From: the human T2T-CHM13v2.0 reference genome, Homo sapiens
NCBI RefSeq assembly: GCF_009914755.1
Contig: NC_060937.1
DNA: 64,000 nucleotides
Direction: 5' to 3' (one strand)
Below, one piece after another: positions 39,109-53,745 of this stretch (position 1 is the first letter of the stretch; every line of letters begins with the position of its first letter). The notes under the pieces were generated by a model. It made no database searches, had not been told where the DNA came from, and saw only the letters and a program-made list of their open reading frames with translations. Position numbers and translations under genes: made by a program.

Positions 39109-42100
39109 ACATGTGTATATGTATGTATATAGCATATATTTGTTTAATAAACATGAGAAAAATAAGTGAATTATCTTTAAATAAATGCAACATACCAGCT
39201 GTAAAAATTCCAGTGGAAACATTCTGGAATTGGTATCTTCAAAAGGTAAATAATCTAAAAATATGAATAAGTTTTAAGAAGATTTAATAAAGCTCCTGGT
39301 TGGAATTTACTGTGCTGGTTGTTAAATTTCAAAGGGCATTCCTCATCCACTGTGGCTGACAGAATATGGGCTGAAAGAACCATCCATACAACTTACGGCT
39401 TTTGTGGCTGTCTCTTTATGACTGTGGTCAAGTTTGTCCTTGAGACCCTCATACAGACAAAGCCCCTTCTGCATATGCCTCCTGTAACAGCCCCTTGGAA
39501 GCCCTCTTTTCCACTTTTTTAGACATTCATGAACAAACATTATGGTCAATGTTATGAAAGAAAAGCAACTTTCATTTGTCTCAAAAATTTATTTGCTACT
39601 TCTCCCCAATTTAGTTGGTAAGACTAAAAAAATCCTGTCATACATAATTTAAATTTCAGGTAAAGCAAATAGAGAAAATTCTGAGTTTTCAATTTGGAAA
39701 CTTGTTTAGCCTTTCCTGGTGTTTCAGAGTACTCATCGAGCTTTAGTGTCTTGGTTTCAGAATGTGTGCTCAGCAGTTCTGGCCACCAGAGAGTTCCCTT
39801 GCTCAGGATCCTGCCTCCTCTGGTCGAAAGCCACAACATCTGAAATTATGTTTTATCATCATACTGGGATGCAGTTATCATCATTCTTTTTCTTAAAAAT
39901 GACTAAGTTATTTTTCATTTTGTGTACATGTCATTATTCATACAGAAACCATTCATTGCCGTTGGGAATAGCATGGGCATTTTGAATTTTTTCCACTATT
40001 TTATCACTAATTACCTGCATCCCAATTTTTATTGTGGCAATACAAAAGGTTTTATATATGGGTTTCTTAGTATGTTTTTCTGAGTATCTTTATGGAGCAC
40101 CAAACAATGGATATAATGTTAACAACATTAAGGGGTAACTAAAAGAAATTGTATCTTAACAAATTGGAGTTCTTTTTTAAGTAAAATAATTTTCTGAATA
40201 TGTTTTGCTAGAGAGCATAAATTTCATTCTATGAATTACGTATGCCTTCAAGCAACTCCTCTGACAGCATAGTTTGGCAAAACTTCCCTTTGGTTAAGAA
40301 GGGGGCACGATATTCATAACCATTTCAAATTGTGGCAGGTGAAGGGAAAACCTAATGACATGAAGTGAGGCTGAGGGTAAACAAAAAGATAACTGCAAAT
40401 GGAGTTCACAGGATACCACAGTATTTTAATCAATATAATTAGTACTTAATTCTCCTCTTTTCCCAATTGTAAAAAATTGAACTGAGCTCATTTATTTACA
40501 CATAAACCTGATCTTTTGAGATGTTATACTAATGCAGAATAAAATAAAATAAATTCGTTAAACAAAAGTCTTGGGATTAGATTGCAACTTGTAAGTCATC
40601 TTCATATCTTGAATTCTATCTTAAATCTTTTCCAGTTTGTGAGGCATTTGGTATTCACTCCTAACTATGTAATAATCTAGATTGCAAGCAGAGTGCAGGC
40701 ACTAGGCACGTGTTAAGAATTTTAGGCTGTTCTTTGCGAGAGCAAAGAGTTGCAAATTGAAACTAGCTGTGCCTTTCACTTATGATAGTGAATTTTTTCA
40801 ATCAAGAAAGAAAGTCAGTTTGTAGGTTTAGGATGGATTGACTTGATTAAAGCAGATCCAGATTTTACTACCACTTCTGATTCTAATTTTTCTGCATGCT
40901 TTTATTTCAATTTAATTGCTAAAGAAATGGGATTTATATTTTAAATTTATTTTATGTATGCTATTTACCTATTGTCCTAGAAATGTTATTTCCTATCATA
41001 GGACACTCTTGATGTCTCTGTATTCAAGGTACAGGTTGTAGTGTGGTTAGATTTAGAGTTTAGCATCAGTGATCTCTGATATAGCTTTGTTAGGCATATT
41101 GAAATTTTTGTGGCAGTTTAAAAAATCATAAATGGATAATATATTCAAGTACTACATTTTGTTTCTTCTTTTTTCCATATTAGTTTTGGAGAGTTACTAT
41201 AGAGGGGTCCTTTGTAGACATTTCTCTTTCCTGTCCTTTGATGCTCAAATTATTTTATATAAATTCAGAAACAATCAGATTGGCTGCCTTCATTTTATTT
41301 TTTGGAACTGATTTCCTCTTGATTGTAAATTTGTCACTGGGGAATCTTTTTCTCTTTTTAGGCCAAACAGCTGTTTTTAATTTTAGTTTTCTTTTCTTTT
41401 TTCCCCCATTAAGGAGGTCAGGTTCCTTTGGGGGGGAAACTTCAGTTCATTATGTTCTTTTCTTTTATATCAACATGCACAACAACAAAATACAAATTGC
41501 TTTTGGGTTGAGATTTGCTGTAATAGATTTAGTAGTATTCATTTAAATACCTTGGCATTTCCAAATGGTAGCACCACTTCCAACCCTTAGCAGAATTAGC
41601 AGCTTATTATAGCTAACTTATTTTATTCTGAAAATACAGAAAATACATTCTTAGCCATGTATTAGTGAGTCGTTGAAAAGAATGACATTTGTTTAGCTTT
41701 TGTTCCTATTTTGCTGTGCTTTCACATTCCCTTTATGTATATCCAGGTCTGATTAACACAAACCATTAACCAAAGCCTGTTTTAGATACTGTAGATGTTT
41801 TGGCATCTGTTCATTTTATAGACGCCAAAACATTTATAGAATGCCTATTCTTTTTATATAATATCTTGAATTAAGTGATTTTTTCATGTCTCTGGTTCTG
41901 AGAACCAATGAGCTCTCTTGGAATGAATCTATGTAATCACCATTAGTGACTGGCAACATAGATTTTGTTCTATTGCAGATCATTATTAGTTAAATTAGTA
42001 AAATATTGACTTACACTTAACTTGATGAAAAATAAGTGAAACTTAAAATAGTGAAACTCATAGATGTTTACAATATCTTTCTAAATGTCAGAATATCATC

Positions 42101-42115
42101 CAGGCCTAAGTAATC

Positions 42116-42267
<152 letters not shown>

Positions 42268-42837
42268 TAAGTAATCTTACCTCTGTTCTCTTAATAAATG
42301 GAAATAGGACAAATATAATACTCATTTATATTCAAACAATCTATTTGCTCTTCCCTCCTTCCTTCCCAAGAATTTGAAATATAGATTGATTTAGTCCACT
42401 GAGATATGTATCATAGAAACGCAAAGAGAGTCAGTTATGTGTTGGGTGGGAAAACACATTTTAGCTTCCTGTAGCTTTATAATCACACCTCCAAATTTGA
42501 GTATGGGCAGAGAAAACCAAGAGTGTTTGCTATATGAAAGACCTTGCTTTTCTTCTATTTAATGTTTTCTCTTTCTAAAGTTTCAAAGATCTAGATAGTA
42601 ACTAGAAAGTAGTAACTACTACTTTCAAAAGCACTGTGAAGAATGATGAAACCATGAGGACACGTGTATGATTTATCACCACTTTCTCTTCTCTGAACTA
42701 TAAACTAAGAGATAATTTCCATTTATGATTGAAACCATGTAAGTCATCAAATTGTCAGCAACTTGAGGAGTTTTGGCCAGAAGGAGTGTGTGTAAGACCA
42801 GGTTAAGGAGAAGCATTTGAAGGCAACATATAGCTGG

Positions 42838-42910
42838 TTTGATGCTGTATCACAGGTGACAGTAACAAAACAAATTTGATGCTATATCACAAATGACAGT
42901 AATGAACAAA
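42838..42910. repeat. 37-bp tandem duplication
   Basis: TTTGATGCTRTATCACARRTGACAGTAA at 42838 and 42875. Confidence 0.85.
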
Positions 42911-43084
42911 GCCACCTAAGCAGTAGTATTCAGAAATCAGGACAGATGTTTTTTCAAGTTGGCAAGTGGTACCCTCATGCATCTTGGTGACAGGAACTAT
43001 TGCAAGAGATGGCAGACGTATTACAGAGCAACAGTCAAGAGACTGGCTGCAGTGAACTCCCCTCACAACGTAAGTTTGGTCTGA

Positions 43085-43670
<586 letters not shown>

Positions 43671-44363
43671 TCTTAATTTCTTAACTAATTGAAATAGATG
43701 CAAGAGCCAACTGGGCATTGAAATACAGCATGAGGTTATTTTTTGATTGAAGGAAGCAGCTTAGACTCACATTGAGTGTTTTACAACTTCTCAAAATGAA
43801 TTCAAGCAAACAGTTAATAGATGGACAGATGGAGATAGCAGACTTTCCCTTAAAAGGGCAGGATATGCCCTGGTGTTGGTTACTGGGCAAAATAGAAATA
43901 GAGAGAACAAATTTCATTTTTAAGAGCAAGTACCTTCAAGAGAGTTAAAACAGAGACCTAACAACAAGTAGGCAATGACCTTTCATATATTATTTCTATC
44001 TAGTGGAAAAAAAAAAAAACAAAGGATGCCAGGCTCTCATTAGTCTTTGTAGCTTCCTTTTCAATGAGGCAGAGAGAGAAGGGGCAGAGAATGGCAGAAA
44101 TTATTTTCCAAAGTGCTTCACTGAGATGGCAGCAGAGCTGGTCAATGCTTCTATTTTATGGAACCATGAAGAAATACGGTGACTGGAGTAGATGTATTTC
44201 CTTCTATTATCCTGGAGAAAGTCTTGAACTTCAAATACCCAAGTATACACAAAAAAGCAGGTAATGTACAAAGAATGCAAAAATAAGGCAGACTTCAGAT
44301 TCTGCAGAATTAGATATAAAAGAGCAGTGAGCAATACAAAGTACAAAAGATTCAAGAATATTT

Positions 44364-44662
44364 GGGCCGGGTGCGGTGGCTCACACCTGTAATCCTAGCA
44401 CTCTGGGAGGCCAAGGCGGGTAGATCACCTGAGGTCAGGAGTTCAAGACAAGCCTGGCCAAGATGGTGAAACCCCATCTCTACTAAAAATATAAAAATTA
44501 GCCGGGCATGGTGGTGGGTGCCTGTAATCCCAGCTACTCAGGAGGCTGAGGCAGCAAATTGCTTGAACCCAGGAGGTGGAGGTTGCAGTGAGCCGAGATC
44601 GCGCCACTGCACTCCAGCCTCTGCAACAGAGTGAGACTCCATCTCAAAAACAAACAAATAAA
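44364..44662 (+). mobile_element. AluSx-like SINE
   Basis: GGCCGGGTGCGGTGGCTCAC...ATCACCTGAGGTCAGGAGTTC...A-rich tail. Confidence 0.93.
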
Positions 44663-44799
44663 TACTGTATTCATCTAAGTAATCCTTCATGCTTGAAAGC
44701 AACAAAAAATGTTTGTACATCGGCAAAGTCTCAGAAAGTACACCATGTACTTCTGAGAGAAAGAAGTTCTTTTAATATAAATTTCAGCATGAAGTTACT

Positions 44800-46330
44800 G
44801 AAATGATCAGAAACAATTAAAACTAAACTATAATAAACTATGTAATAACTACATTATTATACTGCATAATGTCTTAGAAATAGTGAAAACCTGGACCTAA
44901 GTGAAAGAGGATGTCGAAAACTAATGCATGTCTCTCCAGAAACAATGCATATGACAAATTTCATTAGACCAAATAAGAAGATCCTGAAGACCTCTAGTCA
45001 ATTATTCTTTATTTGGAAACATGACAATTGGGGAACAAGTTGGATATAATATCCAGCCCCTTACAGGGCAACAGGACAAAGGTGGCTTTAGAAGGAAAGT
45101 GCCATTTTTACTTGCTTTGAGCTAGGAAAAATGGCCAAGACCTAGAGATTTGTTGATACTAAATTACAGCTAGAGAGGAGGAATAAGTTCAAGTGCTCTA
45201 TGCCAGTGTCAGATGACTTCTTGGTAATGATTGCAGAATTAAATAAAGCAGTGCCTATAGAGTATTGAGGGCAAAGGGTTTGACCACAAAATTTTTAATG
45301 AGGCACAAATCACACATGTAAAGAAAATTGAAATGTACTTATAATTATAGTATCCATGCATCTCCCTGAAAAAATTATTGAAGACAGAGTCATGTCAACT
45401 ACAATATTAATCCCAAAAAACCTTGTGAATGAAACATCTTTATGTAAAGACTGGTGTTAAGCCTTGTATCCAACAGATAGTGCATCTTTTTGCAAGTTCT
45501 CTTGTAACATTTCCGAAAATCATGAACTAGTAGTGGGCCAAAAATAAAAGCATAAATGTATTTAAAAATTGAGATAATAAAAATTAAATAAGATGGCTAA
45601 ACTATAATAAAACTAGAAAACAAAGCAAAATTAGAAACAAAAGTATCCAACCATTTGAACATTTAAAAAATATTTTCTCTCTTTGATTTCCCCATGGCTC
45701 AAAACAAAAAGCCAAAGCAAATTTCAAAACAACATATCAAAAATATGTGACAAAGATTCAGTTCTACAGGGAGAAAATTCATGGCAGTAAGCAATCATGA
45801 AATTGGAATTAAGTTAATTGCAAAGAATGGAATTAAATTAATTAAACAATGAACCTAAGACTTTTTATTAAGAGCAAGAAAAGCAAAGTTAAGGAAGGCT
45901 AAAAGATACTGTGATTGAAATGAGTTTTGGCTGGTGTACAAGGAGAGAGCTCAGTAGAAGAGAGAGTCTAGATAGAAAAGATTTACAGGATGGAAAGTTA
46001 TTGCTTCTGCATCCCAAATAGTAAAGAAAGACTGAGAAAATCATTGAACAACAGGCCCAGTAGTTTCTCACTTGAAGAAAATTAATCAGTCCTATAGCAA
46101 AGAGAAGTTTGAGGATAGGATCTTCGGGGCCATGTTTTTCAGATGGTCTCAAGGGAGCCACAATTGAGATAGAAGTGAGACATTTAGAAAAGAACTTTGG
46201 ATATGGCAATTATTATACAGAACTGAACAGAAAGCAAAAGAATAGAAACCTAATACACACTTGATGGAAGAACATGAACAGGGACAAAACCAAAAAGAAC
46301 CTTTCACTGCATAAGTGAAGTGAAATAATC
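44800..46330 (+). mobile_element. Old L1M fragments
   Basis: A-rich, with ORF2-like relics (ACAACATATCAAAA...AGGGAGAAAATTCATGGCAGTAA); boundaries loose. Confidence 0.45.
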
Positions 46331-46682
46331 TTTAGTTAAAATAATCTTGAGTGCCCCCCTAATGTCTTCTCAGGAATATTTAATAATTGCTGTGAATTAG
46401 TAACTGTTCTTTTTTTCTTCTTAATTTTTGCAAATAGTGTTCCCCTCCCCCCCTCCCCCCCGCCCCATGCTGTTGTCTTGTCTGTGGAGCAAGAAATAAT
46501 TGGCTTTTTTAGTTCATAGATCACTGAACCCACAGAAACCTCATTCCAGATCTGATGGAGGGAACTGTCCTTTACTTAGAGATCCTGAATTTTGAGATGA
46601 GCATTCTGGTTGTTTTCCTGGAGGAGTGGGTGGATGTATTCTCTGTTTGGAAAGATAGGTACAATTTGGAGATTCAAGAAGA

Positions 46683-47090
46683 GACTTTGGCAGCTATAGC
46701 TTAGTCGTTCACCAAACATAGTTTTCTTTCATCCAGTGCATTGAGCTCAGCCATCATTCTCAGTGTCCCCAGGAACAAACTGTGGCAATGCGAATGAGTT
46801 CCTACAAATGCAATGTGAACAGAAGGCTTGACACATAACACTTCATACATATGCTACTTCAAGGGCTTTTGCCTTTTGCCAAATAAGACTGTCTTCATTG
46901 GAAGCCATAGATTGGGAATGGCAGAGCCACAGTTAGAAGAAGCATGGTCCTTGAATCACAAATTAGTGGTGAGCGATCACTATTCAGAAACACCTGTTTT
47001 ATGCTGTATATGCAAAATAAATTATTTTATATTTGGAACATTTGATCTGGAGGGTTTGCTTCTTATAGAAACTATTGCTCATTTATCAAT
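46683..47090 (+). mobile_element. Old MLT1 (I/J-like) MaLR LTR
   Basis: GAGTTCCT...CAATG...GAATGGCAGAGCCACA...GAAGCATGGTCCTTGAATCAC...AAATAAA. Confidence 0.6.
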
Positions 47091-47708
47091 ATATGGTACA
47101 TAACTTTTAATTTATTCTACTATTATTAGAATTAATATTTTTCTTTATATCACATATAAAGAACCTATTCTGTGCTGTTCTTGGTCCAAATAACTTACTA
47201 TTTCCTTAGAGTTTCTACATAAGAATTGGCTGTGTGAAAACATAGAATATTTTTAAAGATTTAATAAACAGCACCAAAATTCTCTCTAGAAAGATTGTGC
47301 CAATTTTATAATCTCAAGAGAAATGAATAAGGGGAAATAATTTTTTAGACAAATATTCTCTCTTTCTATGGCCCTGTTGTGAAAAACTTTTAATTTTTTT
47401 TGTTTTAATGTATTATCGGCTTCAGGGCTATGGATTCTGATTTCTGTGTTGTCCAGACACAGATCCCCCTCTTCAAATTATTGTAGTTTGATCAAATGTC
47501 TTAATATTTTGTGGTATGGTATCTCACTCATTTCTTTTTCTAAAATGCCTAGCTTATTTCTAGCCACAAGTTCTTTCTATGACCTTTAGAAACAATTTGT
47601 TATGTTCCCTTAAAAGTTCCATAGGGAATATCATATAGATGCATTTATTTAATAAATAGTTCTAAGAAATTGAGTATATTTTAAATATTTAGCATTTCCA
47701 AGCTAGGG

Positions 47709-47780
47709 TATTTTCACATTTGTTTTGTTAATCTACAGTAAGCAGGATATTTTCACATTTGTTTTGTTAATCTACAGTAA
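47709..47780. repeat. Perfect 33-bp direct repeat, 39-bp period
   Basis: TATTTTCACATTTGTTTTGTTAATCTACAGTAA at 47709 and 47748, spacer GCAGGA. Confidence 0.95.
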
Positions 47781-48179
47781 ATTTGTGTACTTTTCTTTGT
47801 ATGCTTTTGTGCATTTGTTATTCAAATTTAAGTAAAAGTATTTTATAACTTTATTGTAAGTATGACTGGAAGGCATGAGATTTAAACTCACACAGTTAAC
47901 ATGTTTTAAAAATCAATTGTACTTGTAGCATTTTCTGTGCTAAAGATTTTTCTTTCTTATTTTTTCATAAGTTAATATGAAACTAAAAACATAATACTCC
48001 CATCCATTTGGTGTTTAGTCTGGTTAATATTGCTATATACTTTGAAATACAGAAATTAATGATTTCATTACATGTTTTACTGGTCCAACTACTTTTGACT
48101 ACTGTATCTAGCTATGGATGCTGCACAGTAAGACAGGTTTATAAGGTAAAATTGTCTAGCAAAGGAAGATAAAGATTGT

Positions 48180-48560
48180 GAAGATTCTGGGAAATATTCC
48201 AAACATGAAATAATTTTAAAAATTCAGACTGTTTAGCTCAAAGAAGGGAAGGTTTAACATATTAGATGTTACAAAATATGTTAAGAGTTGTCCTGCTGAA
48301 CGAGTAGATTCTTTAGAGGTCTGTTATATGACAAAATTAGGACCAACAGATAAAGATTCAGTGATAGCAATTTTGATACAATGTTAAGTGAAACCTTGTA
48401 ACTTCTAGAAAAGTATAAAAGGGAACAGGTCTATTTTCTAAGGTGCCGAACTCTGGCTGGAGCTGGTCGGGCCATCTGTCAGGGATGCAGGGTAAGACAT
48501 TCTTAAACTGGGTCGAGGCCTGGCCTCAATGACCTTGGGTCCCATCCAGCTGTGATTCTT
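48180..48560 (+). mobile_element. L3/CR1 LINE 3' end
   Basis: GTTTAGCTCAAAGAAGGGAAGGTT...AATTAGGACCAA...ATGACCTTGGGTCCCATCCAGCTGTGATTCT. Confidence 0.7.
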
Positions 48561-49084
48561 TCATTAAAATGTCACGCAGTGAAGGTGGTCCCTGCAGTTG
48601 TGGAGCCTCATTTTAGTCATTTCAGCAGTCAGCACTAGTGCCAACGATGATTTTATTCTTCTATCGGTTCTGTCCTGTCAAAATTCTGTTTGTGCAGAAT
48701 AACTCCCTATTCCCTGCACGTGCAGTTGAAAATTAGAGTTTGCAAAATTGGGAGTTTCCTTCTTATATTTAAATGGTTGTTCTAACAGTGACACAATTTC
48801 CCTTGCCACAGTTTTTCATCCTTTAAAAAAATTCCTACCATACCATGTAGAAATCATTTTTAAATAATCTCAGGTTCTCAGCCCAAAATACAGAACCTTT
48901 TTTTTTTCACCCAAAATTTGTGGCATCTAGAATGGAAGTCATCAGAATAATAGCTCTTTACAATTCAGGGTATTTATTACATCAAGTGTGTTATACAATA
49001 ATATCTTATTTGAGGAGAAATCTTATGGTACCCCTTCTATGTCTAAGCTTATGAATTTAAAAAGGAATCAAATCTATATTGTAT

Positions 49085-49160
49085 GCCAGTATCACAATAT
49101 CACATGTACTCCATAAATATGTACTTTTATTATGTATCCAAAAAATTAAAAATAAAAAAG
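49085..49160 (+). mobile_element. L1MA 3'-terminal fragment
   Basis: ATATCACATGTACTCCATAAATATGTAC...TATTATGTATCCA plus A tail. Confidence 0.75.
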
Positions 49161-50224
49161 AAATCTAAGAAATAATATATCATGTAGGGATATTATAACT
49201 GCTATAACATTGTATATATGTCCTCATTTGGAGTACAAATAAAATGAAGATCTGAAGGAATTGGCCTTTAAAACTTGATCTAGTTCTTTTGTTGGAGGGA
49301 AGATGGTCATACCATTTACCACAAACTAATTCCTTTGTCATGTGCTTGCTGTGCCCTGGTGCTCAGGCAACACCATGCTGGTGTTGATTTTCTTAAATTT
49401 TCAAATAAGGAAAAAAAGCATTAATACTCCTTTTCAGAGCATTCTTGTTTTTATTTCAGGGATCTTTTTTTTTTAAGAGAATCATTCTCTTCGGGCTCTG
49501 AAAGGTCTGAAAATTCTGGGTGATGGTGCATTCTCTGTCTTGTGCTGTCACACTATCTTGGCTCATCAAAGGAGGCTGAGAGCCTGACAATTTGCTCCCT
49601 GGTGCCTGAACAGCCAGTTTTGTATCGCCTTTCCTGTGATGTCTCCCTGTCCCTTTTCCAATCCTCCTTGCTCTGGGGCCTACATCCTGTGTCCTTGTCC
49701 ACCCGCCACCCTTCCCTTTTTGAGTACATCATTTATTGCCTTCTTAGCTTTGGAGTATAATAAAGTATATAGACTCACACACAGACCATTTCTGATTATT
49801 AGTCCTTGTTCTCATAGTTTATTTTGGTAGTGATCTTCACCTCATTTTACTATAACTGGCTTTTATTTCATTTTCCCTCTAAAGCCAGACCCTCACCCCA
49901 ACTACTTTTTACATTGGTGTTTAGCATTCTAGAAGCTTATGCTCCATTCTATACTGGTTTTATACCAGTTTAGTTTGGCCAGATGTCTAGTGCTGCTCTG
50001 AGAAAGTTCATTATATGTCATTTATGGATACTTAAAAATAGTCATGTTCATAATTTAATCCTATTTTTTTTTACTTCTGTAGCATCAAAGGATGCATCTC
50101 TTTTGAAAATTATAGTTATATTTTAATAAAGTCGCCTTTTATTCCTAACTGATTTCTATTACCTCCAGAATTAGCCTTCTTCCTTATCTTAATGCTCATG
50201 TGATATAGTTTCTAGATTCCATAG

Positions 50225-50566
<342 letters not shown>

Positions 50567-50829
50567 CTTTAAGGCTCACTACACTAAATCCAATATTCCA
50601 GAGACAGGCCTCTTCTCACTCATGCACTAAGGAACTGTGTGTGACAAGTTTACCGTGGGAGTAATATAAAGTGTGAGAATCAAGTTGGGAGGAAATGAGG
50701 CTGGAAAAGTAAGCTGGGGACAAATCATGAATCATTTTGAGCCCACGCAAAGAAATTTTGGATTTATACTATATAGGCATAAGGGTTATTACGGAAGGCA
50801 ATAACAAGAATGGCTCATTATTTGTGCTA

Positions 50830-51105
50830 TTGTTTGAAGTTTAGTATATTATTCCTATATTTAAGTGCGAAATCTTAAGTGTACAACTGGATGAATTTTT
50901 GCATATATCTTTACCCCTCTAACCAGCACATAAGTCAAGATACCAAACATTTCTGGCCCTTGAGAAGGCTCCGTCAGTCAATAGATAATTTTTTACATCG
51001 TGGGTTAGCTCCATTCTGACCCCTAACTTAATGTTAGTTTTGTCTGTTCTTATATCTGTATTTTCAGAAACATGCAAAATGTTTCTTATAGTGTTTTTCC
51101 ATGTG
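50830..51105 (-). mobile_element. Old L1M (MB/MD/ME) 3' fragment
   Basis: AAATCTTAAGTGTACAACTGGATGAATTTT...GTCAAGATA...AACATTTC. Confidence 0.65.
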
Positions 51106-51594
51106 TATTTGTTAGATGAATGAATGAATGAGAGAAAAGGGTGAGGCAAAGAGCACAAGATTTCTATTCAGGAAGCTAATTTCATTAATCCATTTTTTTT
51201 CATTTGTTTAACTGATTATGAATTTGTCTAATTGAACTTCATCCAGGCCATAAGTTTTTGTCTTTTACATGAGGATATCATTAAGATACTTATTAAAATG
51301 ATATACTAAAATTGAGGTAAAGTATAACTATGAAATTTCTCTAAATTGCCACTTTAAGAATTTTGTCAATAAAGTATATAATTTTATTTTCATAATTTGC
51401 TCATAACAAATCATTTGAGGTCTTTAATTTATCCCTTCAATTACTCATAAATTGTCTATATAATAATGAATGGTGGAAGTTTTTCTGGATTTTGTTATTT
51501 ATATAATAATCTCATCTAGCATAGTGTCTAGAACATATTAAAAATAAGTATGAAATATGTTTGATGAAGTAAACTGAATTGTTGCAACTTAGTC

Positions 51595-51940
51595 TTTTTT
51601 CTTTTATATTTGTATTTTTAATTGACAAAAATTATATATATTTATGGTGTACAGCATGATGTTTTGAAATGTATGTACATTGAGCAATGGCTAAATTGAG
51701 CTAATTAACATATGCATTACCTCATATATTTATCTTTTTATGGTGCTGAGAACACAATCTACTCTCAACAATTTTCAAGAATACAATTTATTCATATTGA
51801 CTATAGTCATGTTGTACAATAGATTTCTTATTCCTCCTCACTAAAGTTTTGTGTCCTTTGACCAGTATCTCCCTGACCTACCCTCTGAGTCCCCCACTTA
51901 CAACCTGTGCCCCTGTTAATCACTATTCTAGTCTCTACTG
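51595..51940 (-). mobile_element. L1MA (MA8-like) 3' end
   Basis: TTTATGGTGTACAGCATGATGTTTTGA...GAGCTAATTAACATATGCATTACCTCA...AATTTTCAAGAATACAAT. Confidence 0.85.
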
Positions 51941-52064
51941 TTTTTCTTCCCCCCCTTTCAACTTTTATTTTACGTTCAGGGGAACATGTGCAGGTTTGTT
52001 ACATGGGTAAATTGTGTGCTTGGTGTACAAATGATTTTATCACTCAGGTAGTAAGGACAGTACT
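51941..52064 (-). mobile_element. Short L1PA (PA13-16-like) 3' end
   Basis: TTTCAACTTTTATTTTA...CATGTGCAGGTTTGTTACATGGGTAAATTG...CACTCAGGTAGTAAG. Confidence 0.85.
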
Positions 52065-52065
52065 C

Positions 52066-52137
52066 TCGCCTTCTGCCATGAGTGGAAGCAGCCTGTGGCC
52101 CTTGCCAGGTGTAGATGCCCTATCTTAACCTTTTGCA
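52066..52137 (+). mobile_element. 72-bp MST LTR fragment, copy of 54015-54086
   Basis: 66/72 identical to 54015-54086 by manual alignment. Confidence 0.9.
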
Positions 52138-53022
52138 AGTAATTCCAAAGGCCTGAATTGGGCTAGGATGAAAATGAGACAATGCACAGCAGTAATATTA
52201 AGAAGCAAATATCAGCAGAAATTGATGGTGTTTTGGGTGCAAGGAGTAAAGTGAGTGAGATAAATAAAAAGATAATAATAAGACATATCAAATGCCATGA
52301 TACAGATAAGCTCAGAACATTATGTAAGTTCAGGGTAAGGCATCTAATCTATTTCAAGGACATTGGGTATGGCCGAGGAGAAGGAGGCATCAGATTTACT
52401 CACTTGAAGGTTGTTAAGCAGTGGGCCAGCTGCAGAATTTTAGTGGATTTTAGAGACAATGAGAGAAAGCTGCTTTTTTAGATCCTGGTTATAGAAGGAG
52501 AGCAATTGCTATGAGGCAATGGCTAAAAAATCATGAAAAGCCATGGAAGGAATTTTGAATGTAATGGTAGTGACTAGAGACTATGTGCATCCTAAAGTGG
52601 AAGGGCCATGAGAAAGTGAGAATAATGCACAGAAATGATGGGGTCATCTGTGGATCACCATTCTGGAGAAGATAGATTTCAGGGTGCAGGGCATGAAAAA
52701 TCAGATTACTGCTTCCTCTGCACCAGGGTAAACAAGATATGTATGGGTGCAGCTATTGGTGAGGAAGCAGGAGTTCAGAAATGGGTTCATAATGGACTCA
52801 AACTTTTTCTGTGATATCAGAAGAGAAATAATCTTCTGTGAGGTGAGAGCATGTTGAGACAGAGAACATGAGGGTAAAGGCAAAATTTGAAATGGCCATT
52901 CAAGGAACTAGGAGTGGGAGCTTATTCAGAATATGTAATTGGATGACTAAGTTGTTTTGAAAGAACATATGAAAACGTATAATATGAAGTTTTGTTGGGA
53001 TAATGTAATAATCTATATGGTT

Positions 53023-53054
<32 letters not shown>

Positions 53055-53119
53055 ATTTAGATGTGCTTGGCATCCAGAGCAGTTATTTTGCCAGGATACA
53101 TTGAAAGAAAACAAAAGTA

Positions 53120-53461
<342 letters not shown>

Positions 53462-53745
53462 TTATGAACCATTGAAAATGGGGAAGAGGGTGGTATCAGA
53501 ATTATTTGGCAAGCAAAGAGAGATAGCAAAATTTTAATGACAAAAAATTGTCATTTTCTGGAAAATAAAAGGATATTGGGGTTTTGTTTGCTGCAGTGGA
53601 ACAGTAGTTGCAGGCTGACCATGGGAGTGGTTGCAAAAGTCAAGTGAAAATCAAGCCTTTTCAGTTGGGACAATCAGCAAACTCTAAAGCCATTAGGTCT
53701 TAGAAGAGTCATCTACATTATTTGGGGGTCTCTCCAAATTATGAC

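Noticed and set aside
39624-39839. 71-aa minus-strand ORF or terminal exon
   Set aside because: Weak acceptor with no pyrimidine tract and no protein similarity I recognise; kept only as part of the unexplained unique interval
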